A stretch of DNA of 64,000 nucleotides, from assembly GCA_053919585.1 (NCBI GenBank), contig CM132787.1, one strand, 5' to 3'. Numbering within the stretch: position 1 is the stretch's first letter; the number at the start of each line of letters is the position of its first letter. Below are positions 1 through 13,053 of the stretch, one piece after another. A program made the position numbers and the translations under genes. The notes below the pieces were generated by a model. The model did no database searches and was not told the origin of the DNA. It saw only the letters and a list, made by a program, of their open reading frames with translations. The DNA is from Euprymna scolopes. Taxonomy: Eukaryota.

Positions 1-241
1 CACGAGCGAAATATCTATCACAGATCAGGCGGAGACCAAAAGACTATTCAGGAAGACTAGTCAAGAAAATGCAACAGACCACCAACACGATGCACAGACC
101 TACTGCCCAGACGTCTGAAACCTACAATGTAGATCCGAAATAGGCGTATGCAGTCAAAGAAGACGGTGTTCAATCACGTCTGAAGCCGCAGCCATATAGT
201 CCTCGTGATTGACGGATGTCAACTGTATACATACATACATG

Positions 242-288
<47 letters not shown>

Positions 289-289
289 G

Positions 290-615
290 TTATGGCTAAA
301 TACAGATCAATCAATATGGCGATTAAAAAAATAAACAATAGAAAATAAAGGTTAGCTAACCAGGTGTCTTTTCTTCGCTCAAGGGAGCTTAATCAGGGAA
401 ATACGATTGAAAAAAAAATAGTCATGCATATGGAGGGGAGTAAACAAAAATAAGGGGAGGAAAATTATTTTTCGGGAATTTTTCGGGTTTTTTACTCCCC
501 CGCAATATTCATGACTATTTTTTAAATCGTATTTTACTCGAACCTTGGTTAGCTAACCTTTACGTTATTTTTTTAATTTTTTTAATCATGTTGAGTAGTC
601 TGTATTTAGCCATAA
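290..615. repeat. Diverged ~325-bp inverted repeat (palindrome), possibly a Penelope-like inverted pLTR pair
   Basis: ttatggctaaatacaga...aaggttagctaacc...aatagtcatg (left) mirrors catgactatt...ggttagctaacctt...tctgtatttagccataa (right). The left arm alone has a degenerate hammerhead motif on the minus strand (373-396). Confidence 0.8.
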
Positions 616-643
616 TAATATGTTGTAACCTCTCGAAAATGTT

Positions 644-695
<52 letters not shown>

Positions 696-2781
696 AACAT
701 TTTCGAGAGATTACATATGTATATATATATAATCCGTTGAAAAAGTATTTATTTTTGTTTTGTTTTTTGTTTTGTTCTTTCAGAAAATAAAACGACGCAC
801 ACCCACTTTTTTTAAACAATAATAAAATAGAATACTTTCCATTGCCAAGGTCACGATTTTTCCTTTCCAAACTCATTACCGATTGTTAATTATAAGACCA
901 CTAGATAAGGAGTTTATTCCGATCTGTTTCCTCATACTTCTGTGCATTACTCGCTGAGTTTCAGGTATGTTTAGGTAAATATCCACACCCTGGGAGTTGT
1001 CAAAGGTCAGAGGAAATTTTCATTTTATTATAATTCTTTCAAGAAATTATATTTCCATTCGCTTCAATTATTTCATTAAATAAAAGTATCAAAATCTATA
1101 AGGAAGATGGGGTAGACATGCTATTATTATGACTTACGTAAAATGAACTCCAGCAATTAAATACGCATAAAAATTATTATTACTACAATAATAGCCAGAA
1201 AAAGACTCGACCAGGTGGAAAATGTTATGAGTAACACTATTTTTTATCAAATATATTAACATGCTTTTGAGGCTTATGTTGTTTTATGTTTTTCTTAAAT
1301 AAATCAATCTGCGTGAATCCATCCGCTTTTCAGAATAGATTTGCGCGAACATTTTGAATAATGCTTCTAGCCATTTTTAAGATTAGAATCACGATCTGGT
1401 GTTCAACCTTTTTTGAACTCTTACGACGTGAAAAGGGAGATAATCCATTTAAATCCTCCAAAATTTTACATTATATATGCAGTCGAATACATTTGCTCAC
1501 TTGGTAAGTATTGAATCCTGTTGTATTTTATTAAGGTTTATCACGTTACTATCGTGTATAAATTCACCTGATGTCTAGGAAATACACTGTCTCTGTATCA
1601 TTTTTTCTNNNNNNNNNNNNNNNNNNNNNNNNNNNNNNNNNNNNNNNNNNNNNNNNNNNNNNNNNNNNNNNNNNNNNNNNNNNNNNNNNNNNNNNNNNNN
1701 NNNNNNNNNNNNNNNNNNNNNNNNNNNNNNNNNNNNNAAATAAATCATTACGATTTGAAAGACTTAATGAAAATAACTTATTTTACAAGAATATAGATAC
1801 AACTGTATCCACAGCTTGTTATACTTGAAGCATTAATTTACACTCATCGTCCTCTCAATTTTCACAAAGGGAAAACTTAGGTCATAAAAAAATTATGAAA
1901 TTCACAGAAAAAGAGTTGATTTTATATTAAGTCATTCTTGGATATTTTTCGCCATATGAAAGGTTGTTTATAACTAAGACTTTTTATGATAAAAATATAT
2001 GAGAGCATAAAATATGCAGAGTTTTGCAGCACTCTTTTCGTTTACATTCTATTCAAATTTCTGCGTCTTGGTAGACTGTGGCGCTACGAAGGAAGTGTAA
2101 AGAAAAACAACAAAGGTAAAGAGGCAATTAGAATAGAACCTTTCAAGAACTAGACACTTAATAAAATCTGGCTGCTAGTCTATTTCCTAGCAATTAATTA
2201 CCTTTACAGTATACAAGTTCAGTAAATTCATATGCATATGTGTAGGATTTTTAAAGAAGCCCATAAATGCAGTATTGCTAAGATAAAACAGGGTATTATG
2301 TCCGGCATATTAGGTTAACATATCATTTAAGTGCATTTGTTATTTGCATCAAAGATTAAATGACAATATCCAATCAATTCTTGTTTGCGCCAAATTTAAG
2401 GGAGAATGAGTAATATACGAACTGTAGAATATCTGGTAGAATTCAGAAGCTTTAAATATTTTATTCTTTAAAAACGAGAGTTTTAATCATCTCAGCAAAA
2501 CTGACGACTCTAACGTTTTCTTAATAAATATTTCAAATAAATTTAACATTGTTAGATGTTTTTATTTTACTATTTATTACTTCAGAGATAATCACCTTTA
2601 AACATTTATCATGTCGTTTTCGTCGTAAATACTTACGGCATAACCTTAATCAGTTGTATCCTGCTGTGCTTAAAATGTAGGGTTTCATATTAGTAGCGCA
2701 ACATATTAGTAAAAATTTAATAGTGGAAACACAAGGAGTGTAGCCTATTCGTGAATAAAACTTAGCCGACTGATCAGAATC

Positions 2782-3619
2782 AATCAGATTTGTTCTAATT
2801 TAAATATCCAATATCTCGCATTCGATGGGTTTGGCTTTATCAGAAAGACGTTAACTTGATCTGTGATTTACCTGTTTTGTTCGTCGTTTTTTTTTACGAA
2901 GTACAATTCATTCTTACTAAATATAGTTGAAAAAAACGGTGACAATTAATTATCAGAAAGTTGATCCCCACTGGCTAACAACAATGAAACTTGAGCAGTC
3001 CAGTGAAAGAAGAGATGCAAAGGAAAATGAATAAATAAATATTATATTAACTTTCAGACATGTCAAATGTTAGTAATGTTGGAATGTCACTGTTACTTCC
3101 GCTCCTCATTTATATTAATAATTTCAAAGTATACTGTAAAATTTATAACATTCGATAAGACTATTGTATCATATATGTAAGAAATAACAGTAATCTCTAC
3201 GGATAGATACATTCGTCATAAAACCGTTTTTCCATATACCGTTAAACTCTTACGTAATTGACTGTATGCGCGTTTAAATCTGATAACAATTGATAGCTAA
3301 TCAATGTTGTATAGCACGTTGATGATGAGGATTATATGGCCTGCTTGTCTGGTCGAAGATTTGTTAATGCTTCGGATTTATTCTGAGCTGGAACTTAACT
3401 TCAGTTGTAGTTGATTTTAATTAATACTGGCGATTGATTATGAAGACGTTCATATTTTAGTTGTCGTATTTGACTGACTCTAAATAAAGTTATACTCAGT
3501 TACTCTACCTGTGTTGATCTGCACTATATGGCTTATACAAGTAACAATAAATACGACTAATATTGCCACATAATAGACACACGCACAAATCTACACACAC
3601 AGATATATATATATATGCT

Positions 3620-3650
<31 letters not shown>

Positions 3651-3798
3651 TATGCATATACATTAAAATGTGTGTATATATTCTTAGTATGTACTTAAAC
3701 AGTTCTCACCACATGACTCGGGCTCGATAGTACGTTTTAAATATACAAGTAACTTAATAAATACGACAAATACAATCACATAACAGACACACGCACAA

Positions 3799-3846
<48 letters not shown>

Positions 3847-4197
3847 GTATATATATATTATGCATATGAATTAAAATTTGTGTATATATTCTTAGTATGT
3901 CCTTAAACAGTTCTCACCACATGACTCGGGCTGGGTAGTACGTTTTAAATTATACATAGCAATTGAGTACACACAATTTTTTGCGTGTCATTTTCGTAAC
4001 GATTCTTAAAGTATTGCATGTAATTGTTGCTACTACGTACGTTTATATACTTAGAAGTTGTTTTAGTTTCCTAATTTCCCAATCAGATTCGTTCTAATTT
4101 AAATAGACATGTCTCGCACTCGATGGGCTTAGCTTTATCAGAAAGATGTTAACTTGATCTGTGATATACCTGTTTTGTTCGTCGTTTTTTTACGAAA
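2782..4197 (+). repeat. Pair of ~118-bp dispersed direct repeats (2782-2900 and 4081-4197)
   Basis: aatcagatt(t/c)gttctaatttaaata...tctcgca(t/c)tcgatggg...atcagaaaga(c/t)gttaacttgatctgtgat...gttcgtcgttttttttacgaa occurs twice, 1.3 kb apart. Confidence 0.9.
3535..3952 (+). repeat. Tandem duplication of a ~208-bp unit containing (CA)n/(TA)n tracts
   Basis: atacaagtaac...gacacacgcacaaatctacacac...cttaaacagttctcaccacatgactcgggct...tagtacgttttaaat repeated head-to-tail. Confidence 0.9.
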
Positions 4198-5596
4198 ATT
4201 GAACCCTTGTTTTGTCTTGTCACACATGTTTGGCTCGTTGCAAGTACGAAAATCAAATTAGAAAAATAGAGTGATAATTAATCAAAATATGAGGGATGTC
4301 TTATTGTTCCTTAATAATTTATCTAAAATCTTAGATGATTAGATATTTTGCTTGGTAAAGATCAATAACTTCTGTTTTAATTAATATTGACTTCAAACAT
4401 GCGNNNNNNNNNNNNNNNNNNNNNNNNNNNNNNNNNNNNNNNNNNNNNNNNNNNNNNNNNNNNNNNNNNNNNNNNNNNNNNNNNNNNNNNNNNNNNNNNN
4501 NNNNNNNNNNNNNNNNNNNNNNNNNNNNNNNNNNNNNNNNNNNNNNNNNNNNNGAGAGAGAGATATATATATTAAATGTGTATATTCGATTCCATAGCGT
4601 CGCCAGTACACATTCTAATAGTTTCGATATTGAAATTAAAACACGTATAATAACATATATTAATGTCACAATCGCCAATTTAGCAAAATTTGTCCTTGTA
4701 TTTATCTTTTTAATAATAATATTTTGAACATTTTGCAATAATTTATTATTATTTTCTACTTTGTATTTTTGTTTACTGTGTGTCCTCCTTTTTCTCTGAG
4801 ATGTTTTAAATTATTTTTCTCAATCATTTATTTTGTGTGTGTGTGTTTATTTATCTTATTCTTATGATTTCTACCTTTGGCCTTGAACGTTCGCACGAAC
4901 GCCTGAAGCGAAGCATCATCCAAACTATGGGCGAGAGATTTGATTCAATACTTAGCCGCATTTCAATAAGCAGTTTTGTGACAGAAAACCGACCAATAAA
5001 AACAAATCTTCATTTATTAGATGGATATGATATCTCGCAGAAATGTATCATTTAACTTACGTCATTTACTTAAAATCCATATATATCGGACCAAATTATA
5101 TAATATTTTACGATAGTGTTGTTTGGCAAGATGTAACATATGATTGTAACTGTATATTTATTATCATAAATAAATTGGACTGTTTTGTTAATGTAATTTT
5201 TGAGAGACAAGCGTCTTCATAACTAGCCAAATCTTAACAAAACCTGACGCAATTATAGATTATCGTCTAACGAAGCATTGATATTATATTGGAATATCTA
5301 GTTCTTATTTAAAGGCTCGGCTCATTGTAAAACTAATGGTTATATTATTGACGATCACATCAGTTTGTTCGTGGTGGAGTCTAGCTGTTTAGAACAGCAG
5401 TTATATGTTATTGACATTTTGCATTTACTTTGTAATTGTCGGTGAAGATGGATATTTTGACCGCATTTAAACTTCCAATTTTCCTTAAACTTTTGCATAA
5501 ATATTCTACGATAACAATTACAAAAATACATATTATCAGCCTGACTAGATAAACAGTTGTAAAGTAATCCATGTTTCTGATTCCATCGACACATAC

Positions 5597-5945
5597 GGCT
5601 CTGTCGGTAGGGCATTAGAATACGCCGACTGCCCCCCCTGCAGAGGTAAAAGTCCCTCAATGGGGGTCCTGGATATGACCTTAAACTATATCCAGTGGTG
5701 AGGCCCCAGTGTGTGGGCTTTGGGGAGTGTGGAGCCACCCTTTAATTACCATTGCTCCCACGTCCACTCTGACACGGAGTGGTAGTACCTGTTAGGGTCC
5801 CAACTATGGGTTAAATAGAAACCGACGTGAAAACAACAAATATATTCTATTAAAAAGATTTTCTTCAAAATCTATGAATTCGGCATTAAATAACCCGAAA
5901 AGCGTTGATATGCCGTAAAACAAAAACAACCAACCAACCAACCAT
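5597..5945 (+). mobile_element. SINE-like interspersed repeat with (AACC)n tail
   Basis: GC-richer island in AT-rich DNA (gtcctggatatgac...ggagtggtagtacctgttagggtccc...tatgggttaaatagaa) ending in gttgatatgccgtaaaac-(aacc)n. Resembles abundant repeats I recall from cephalopod genomes; not verified. Confidence 0.6.
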
Positions 5946-6364
5946 CGACACATACTGATGAAGAGGTAGACAGCCAGGGCAAAAGTCATATATCTCGACA
6001 ATAAAAAAAATGGTAAAACTGTACAATATCCACTGTTTACGAAAAAAGGGTTGCCACAGTTCGCAAAAATAAATTTATCTTAAAAGGTGTACACTAAAAT
6101 CCCGCAAAAATGGATTATTATGTGATTTCTCATTTAGAAAATATAGTTTTTGGTTTATGTACAATTTTCTTTAGCCTGATGACTGTTATATGTGTTCGTT
6201 TATGCTGACTAAGAAAATCTAATTCAAATTTTACAGAAATAATTACAGAGATATAAAGCCCTGTATTATCTACTGTAATCCACTGGTTGCCACGTTTGTA
6301 GGTACGCGCGGTAAACAAATCTCCTTCTCCCCTACCGACACTGCCCCCACCAATTTTTTTACTC

Positions 6365-6417
<53 letters not shown>

Positions 6418-7624
6418 CTACTCCGAAAGCCTATCTTTACTTGACCGCCGATTTTAAGCTCGGGAGGTTGGTATTGTCTATTCCGAAAGACGTTCTTTAC
6501 ATGGGGTCTTTGGCGTGTCTATTCTAAACGCCGTTCTTGACATGAAAATAATCAAAGAAATGAAGTGAAGAGAAAAACTTCGAAATTGCTTTGTTTTACA
6601 TATTGGAAACAGACGACATGAAACTGGAATTTTATTTAATACGTTGGTTGAAGACTTGAAAAGAAGAGGAAGACCTGTACAACAAACGGAAACAGCTAGG
6701 ACTGCTATCTAAAATGCCGATCACTTTCAACAGTTAATACACACTGAGAATCCTTAACCCCTAAAACTTTTGTTTTTACTTTACATTATAATTCTAATAG
6801 ACCCATTTTCCTAATTTCATTAATTCCTACTGATTTACACCTTTACTTAGTTTCATATTTTAAATTCAAAGAGTACATGCATGTTATCAACCTTTACTGC
6901 CAGTTAAATCCAGATTATTTTGTTTCGGCCACGGCCGACAGTGTTTGTAATTGTTCAGGGACGGCAGTGGGCACCTGCCACAACCGCAGTTTCCTATTTT
7001 GGCGAGGAGGGGTACGCTTAAACTGGGTAACGCAAGTTAACAGACACTGCCAGTAATTAATAATCCAAAAATATATCATACATAAACCTCTTTATACAAT
7101 TTAGTAGGAAATGCATGCAAAATATTACGGAAATAGACTAAGATGCTGTTGATAAAAAAAGGATGTTAACAAGCATACCTATCCTTAGCGCATTCGGATA
7201 CGAATAGAAAACTCATCATTGACATAGACGCTAGAAATTAAAGACTAAGTTTTGTACGGTTTTAGAAAATTGTAGACGGATCTAATAAGCTTATTACTCA
7301 TATCTCTAGAACATAAAAATCTGCGTTAAAAAATCACAGTCAAATTAGATTTAGCAATAAGTTACACTGAATACCCGTACTGGTCAAAAAATAGAACATC
7401 ATGTTTTTTGGCGCTAAATTTTTATTGAGGACGATCTGTAGGATGTAACTGGTGCTTAAATATCCTTATCATGCTAAATTAACTGAAATAATTCTTTTAC
7501 GGCAGATTTCTTTTTTCATATCAATTGCAATGTCAGTGTTTGAATATTTCGTGTTTCAAAATATTAGAACAAGGCAGGTAAGTAAAAAAAATAGTTTTGT
7601 ATTATTATAAATACAAATAAACTC

Positions 7625-7757
7625 GATAACAGCATCAATACGCCGGGGCATCGAATCAACAAACTTCTCGCAATCCTATTTAGACACTGAATCCCAGTTT
7701 TTCTTGATTGCAATCTTCATGGCTGAAAGGGTAGTAGGTTTTTCTTTTGCGGAGCTT
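7625..7757 (-). pseudogene. Tc1 transposase C-terminal fragment (downstream of the LINE insertion)
   Basis: Minus strand reads approximately KEKPTTLSAMKIAIKKNWDSVSK*DCEKFVDSMPRRIDAVI, a typical Tc1 C-terminus (SMPRR..AVI). Confidence 0.85.
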
Positions 7758-9336
7758 TTTTTTTTTACATAGGCATCACCACATTATCAAGGTCCAGAGG
7801 CCACTCAAGGATAAGGGTTAAAGAGTGTACAGTAGAAATTGGACAATATAGTAATTATTAGTAATGAAAATTTGGTAAATTTGATAACTTATATGGAACG
7901 GCTCATCAAGAACTTATATACTTTAGACTTGAACACAACCATATTGTAGTCAGCCGGAAAGCAGGGAAACGGAAGACAATTCCACAGGCGTTCAGTTCTA
8001 AGAAAGAAGCTTTGTTCATGGAATCTACGTTTAGGTTTAGGCACAGATAAAGAGTGGCGGAATTATTGATAGTGTTTACAGCTAGACGAGTGTTTCTTGT
8101 GAAAGTTTGGCGAGGGGGAACCATAGATTGAAGCTCAGTTGAACACTTTCCATGAAAATAACGATACATCAGAGACAAACTCGCAACATCTCTTCTGTGA
8201 GATAGAGGTTGCAGGGAGGAGAAAAGGACATCTCCTACGAGGCTACGAAGTCTATTTTGAACTCTATCAAGGCAGGACAAGTCCTTTCTAGCAGCTCCTG
8301 CCCAGATGTGGCAACAGTATTCCATCCTTGGACGTACCTGACTCTTATATAGATAGAGAATAGCATCAGCAGTGAGATATTTACCGGATCGATAGAAAGA
8401 TCCCACCATTTTCCCAGCGGCCTTGGCAACAGATTTGATGTGCGTGTTCCATTTAAGATCAGGAGTAATGGTCAAGCCAAGAAGCTTGTCAAAACTTGAG
8501 GCCTCCAGAAGACGAGAGCCATTCATATCAATTGATGCCAAATATGGATTAGAATGTTGATGATGTAAGGAGAGAAGCTTGGTTTTAGATGCATTAAAAG
8601 TAACCAGCCACTCCTTACCCCATTGTACTACGTGCTCAAGATCAGAGGAGAGAGAATTGGAGAGAACTTGGTCGTTTACTGTCTTAGATGTGGTACGATA
8701 AATGGTAGTGTCGTCAGCATAAATGTCTACAAATGATGTAAGGATGTGATTTGGAAGATCATTAATGTAGATCAGGAAAAGAGTTGGCCCCGGGATGGAC
8801 CCCTGAGGGACACCGGCATTAATACTGTGAGCTTCTGATTTTTGCCCCTCAACTACTACTCTTATGAACCTATCAGAAAGAAATGATTTAATAATTGAGA
8901 AGACTTTTCCAGCTATACCATAGCTAGCGATCTTATGAAGTAAACCTTTATACCATACCCTATCAAAGGCTTTAGATATGTCAAGAGCAATTGCCCTAGA
9001 AAGATTGCCACCGTCGAGAGATTTGCTAATCCTATGTGATATAACTGTAAGCACATCTGCTGTAGATCTAGCAGAACGGAAACCATATTGAGTGTCACTA
9101 AGAAGGTTATTTTTGTTGAGATGGTTGATTACTTCTGTATTTAACATAGATTCTAGCAACTTACTCATGACGCACAGAAGACTTATTGGCCTGTACTGAG
9201 AGGGGGGTGAGCGATCACCTGAATTCTTAAATACAGGGCATACTGATGAGATTTTCCAGGGAGATGGGAAACTATTCTCCTTAAGACAACGTTTACACAG
9301 TTTTGTAAGTATGGGCGCTAGTTCAGGTTGAAGTAT
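7757..9336 (-). mobile_element. 5'-truncated non-LTR retrotransposon (CR1/L2-group LINE): RT domain, 3'UTR and poly(A)
   Basis: ORF 7906-9396 has RT motifs QYGFR, LDISKAFDRV, GVPQGSI, YADD, FNASKT, RPRMEYCCHIWAG and LQPLSHRR. The poly(A) tail appears as a T-run at ~7757-7767. Confidence 0.95.
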
Positions 9337-9960
9337 CCTCTTTATATGGTCCCACAAGAATTCAATAACGTTCAAATCTAGCGAGTTGGCCGGCAATTCA
9401 AGAACAGAGATCGATCGTTCTCGGAGCCAGAAAGATGTGGTCTAAGCAGAGTATGCCGGTGCCAGTCATGTTGAAAAATGATGTCTGTAGACTCCCTGTC
9501 AAACTGGTTATCCAATACTGGCAGTAAATTAGCTTCCGTTTGCGTTTACAGTTCCTTTGATTAATCATAAATTACCAACACCTTTAGCACACAGACAACC
9601 CCAAACCATGCAAGACCGTGGGAACCTCACAGACGTTTAACGCATTCTTGGGTATACGGTTCCGTGGTTCTTCGCCAAACACGTGACTCTTGGAAGCAGA
9701 TACAAAAATCGAGAGTCATCTGAAATGATCACACACCGCTATTCTTCTGCAGTCCACATTTGATGAGCAGTTGTCCATCGCAGTATCTTCAACATATGCT
9801 ACTTGTTAAGGAGCTGTTTGCTGGCACCTATACGATTTCGGTATCTCAGTTACAGGAGCCTTTGGTAGGTAGTGCTTCTCGAAACGTCGGCACCAGAAGA
9901 GTGTTTCCAGGCTTTAGTGCTGTGACTTGTTGATTGGAATTGACCTTTCTTTGCCACCTT
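9337..9960 (-). pseudogene. Degenerate Tc1-family (DDE) transposase, central part
   Basis: Minus-strand translation with stops and frameshifts: VSRSTTYQRL...WTAEE*RCVIISDDSRF...MVWGCLCAKGVG...IIFQHD...PANSLDLNVIEFLWDHIKR. Confidence 0.9.
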
Positions 9961-12452
9961 GTCCAGTCCCCAAGATCGCCATGGGCATGGACTATGTGCC
10001 TACATTAAGATGGCTTCCCGTGTGGCAGGGATATCTCAAGAGAAGATCCTAATTTACCCTATATGTGCTTCAGGGTTGCACTTACTAACACCATTGCATT
10101 TATATTTGCCCTCTATAGGCCCCACAACAGCGGAGTTACAATCTTTAAGAGCATATCTGAGAAAATAGACAACATACTGTCTTCACATCCCTCGGCTAAC
10201 ATCCACATCTGTGGTGACTTCAACGTCCATAACGTGGAATGGCTGACCCATTCAAATAAGACAGATGATGAGGGGAGGTTTTGTCATGATTTTGCCATTG
10301 CTTATGACCTCACTCAGATTGTTAGCGAACCCACCCGTGTGCCCGATACCCCCGGTCACTATGCAAGCCTTTTAGACCTTTTTATCTCAACTTCCCTTGA
10401 GTTATGTTCATGTTCCGTTCATGCTCCTCTAGGATCCTCCGACCACTCCGTCGTATCAGTTAAGATAAAAACGAAATGTAAGAAGCCCCCAGACGTACCC
10501 CTCCACAGTACTGTATACCGATACTCTATGGCTGACTGGGATAGCTTCCGTACATTCATATCTGATTTACCTCTGCACTCCATGTTTAAAAAGGAAGTGT
10601 CCTCTATAGTATCAGATCGGACCGAATGGTTCATTGTAGGCATAGACCAATTCATACCATCTAAAAGATTTCAACAAAAACCTAACAGCCAGCCATGGTT
10701 CTCCCCAGAATGTGCTGCTGCTATCGCGCACAGAAATCACTTTTTCCATAGCTACAAACGTAATAGATGCACTGAGACTAAAGCTGCTTTCAGGACTGCC
10801 AGCAACCACTGTACAAGAGCAATAAAAAATGCAAGAGAGCTATATGCCCAGTCTGTTAAATCCAAGGTAGCTGATCAGCGGCTTGGATCCCACCAGTTTT
10901 GGCAAATAACAAATAGGATCCTGAACAGAAGTGTGCGTTCTATCCCAACCATTATCAATGTACCAGAGCGTCAGACAAGGCCAAACTATTTGCAAAGAAC
11001 TTTGCAGCTAATTCTACCCTATGCAACGAAGGCCATCAACTCCCCATATTTCCTCCTATAACACAGAACAAGCTAGGTAGCATACAAATATCCGTGCATG
11101 AGGTCGCCAAGCTAATCAAGAACCAAGATTCCAGTAAAGCAACTGGCCCTGATGGCATCCTAATTATAGTGTTAAATAAGCTTCAACCAGAACTTGTTCC
11201 CATACTTACGAAACTATTTAAGCGCTGCCTTAAGGAGAAGTGCTTTCCGAATACCTGGAAGATCTCATCAGCTTGCCCTGTATATAAGAATTCAGGTGAT
11301 AATCATCTCCCTCTCAGTACAGACCTTTAAGTCTCCTGTGTGTTATGAGTAAGTTGCTGGAATCCATATTAAATAGAGAAATAGTCAACCACCTCAGCAG
11401 GAATAACCTTCTTAGTGATATGGTTTCCGCTCTGCAAGATCTACCGCAGATGTGCTGACGGTTATATCCCACAGAATTAGTGAATCTCTTGGCAAAGGCT
11501 TCCTTTCTAAGGCAATTGCTCTTGACATATCAAAAGCCTTCGACAAGGTATGGCATAAGGGTCCACTTCACAACGTTTCAAGCTACGGTATGACTGGAAA
11601 TGTTTTCTCAATCATTAATCATTTCTCTCCGATAGGCTCATAAGAGTAGTGGTAGATGGACAAAAATCGGAGGCCTGCAATATAAATGCTGGAGTCCGTC
11701 AGGGGTCAATCCTGGGCCCAACTCTCTTCCTGCTCTACATCAATGACCTCCCTAAACACATACTTAAATCATTCGTTGACATCTATGCTGATGACACGAC
11801 CATCTACGGCAACACATCAAAGGTTGTAAATGACAAAGTTCTCTCTGATTCTCTCTCCTCTGATCTCGAGCGCGTGGTTCAGTGGGGGAAGAGTTGGCTG
11901 GTTACCTTTAATGCATCCAAAACCAAACCCCTATCCTTACACGCTCTGATCCCCAGCTGGAATCAATTGTGATAGATGGCTCTCGTCTGGGTGAGGCCCC
12001 GTGTTTTGACAAGCTTCTGGGTTTGACCTTTACTCATGATCTGAAATGGAACACGTACATCAAGTCTGTTGCCAAGGTTGCTGGAAAGATGGTGGGATCC
12101 TTCTACCGCTCCAGAAGATATCTCACTACTAATGCAATTCTCTATCTATATAAAAGCCAAGTACGTCCAAGAATTGAATACTGTTGCAATATCTGGGCAG
12201 GAGCTGCTAAAAACAGCCTATCATGCCTTGACAGAGTACAAAATAGACTTCGTGGCTTAGTGGGGGATGCCCTTTTCTCTACCCTGCAACCTCTCTCCCA
12301 CAGAAGAGACGTTGCGAGCCTATCCTTGTTTTATCGTTATTTCTAGGCAGGTGCTCGTCTGAACTCCAATCCCTGGTCCCCCCTCGCCAATCTTTCAGGA
12401 AAAACACCCGTCTAGCTGAATCCACTGTTAAAAGTTTCCCCTACTCTTTATC
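9961..12452 (+). mobile_element. CR1/L2-group LINE copy: APE endonuclease plus RT, frameshifted, truncated at both ends
   Basis: ORFs 10063-11061 (LYRP, ICGDFNVHN, LLDLF, LGSSDH = APE) and 11094-12346 (ATGPDG, LDISKAFDKV, YADD, RPRIEYCC). Same family as 7757-9336, in the opposite orientation. Confidence 0.95.
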
Positions 12453-12664
12453 ATATATATGGTTTAGTAAGGAAGTATCTTTTGTTTGGTAAAAGAAATA
12501 CTTAAATATAAATTAGTTTGAAGATGGTTCCATCCCTCAAGCTATTGCAATGAGCGCATATCATTTTGCAAATATGTAGTCACATACTGCTTCAATATTA
12601 AAAGTTGTACAACAATTAATATGAATAGAAATGAATATCTTTTGATGTAAATTAATATATATAT

Positions 12665-12945
12665 ATATAATGAGTGAATGACAAATGTCTATATTCCAAA
12701 GTTTATGATGTTGACCATCTTATAATTGATTCCTTGAATTCAGCTGACATTTACAATTCTCGACAGTGTCTGTTTTGTCGCATAAAGTCAATCACTTAAT
12801 TATTATATGAATTGGTTAATCTATTTTTGCCCGAAATATATACTGTCAAGAATTGTAAATGTCAACTGAATTAAAGGAATAAATTGTATGATGATCAACA
12901 TCATGAGCTTTGAAATATAGATTTTTCTCATCCATTTACTATATT
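12665..12945. repeat. Diverged ~280-bp foldback palindrome (MITE-like)
   Basis: tctatattccaaagtttatgatgttgaccatc...ctgacatttacaattctcgacagt is mirrored by actgtcaagaattgtaaatgtca...gatcaacatcatgagctttgaaatataga. Confidence 0.85.
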
Positions 12946-13002
12946 GCTCTTTAAGTAGATTGAGCTACCACTATATATTATAAGAAAAGTAGATTCCGAT
13001 AG

Positions 13003-13053
<51 letters not shown>

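Noticed and set aside
4860-4970. Possible mariner C-terminal relic
   Set aside because: Too short, with no diagnostic motif.
5953-5990. Isolated CTGATGA/CTGACGA heptamers (also ~14059, 17182, 58541)
   Set aside because: No stem II or GAAA box follows, so they are not hammerheads.
7906-9396. 496-aa ORF as a host gene
   Set aside because: A chimera of a dead Tc1 fragment and a truncated LINE RT, with a non-ATG start and stops upstream.
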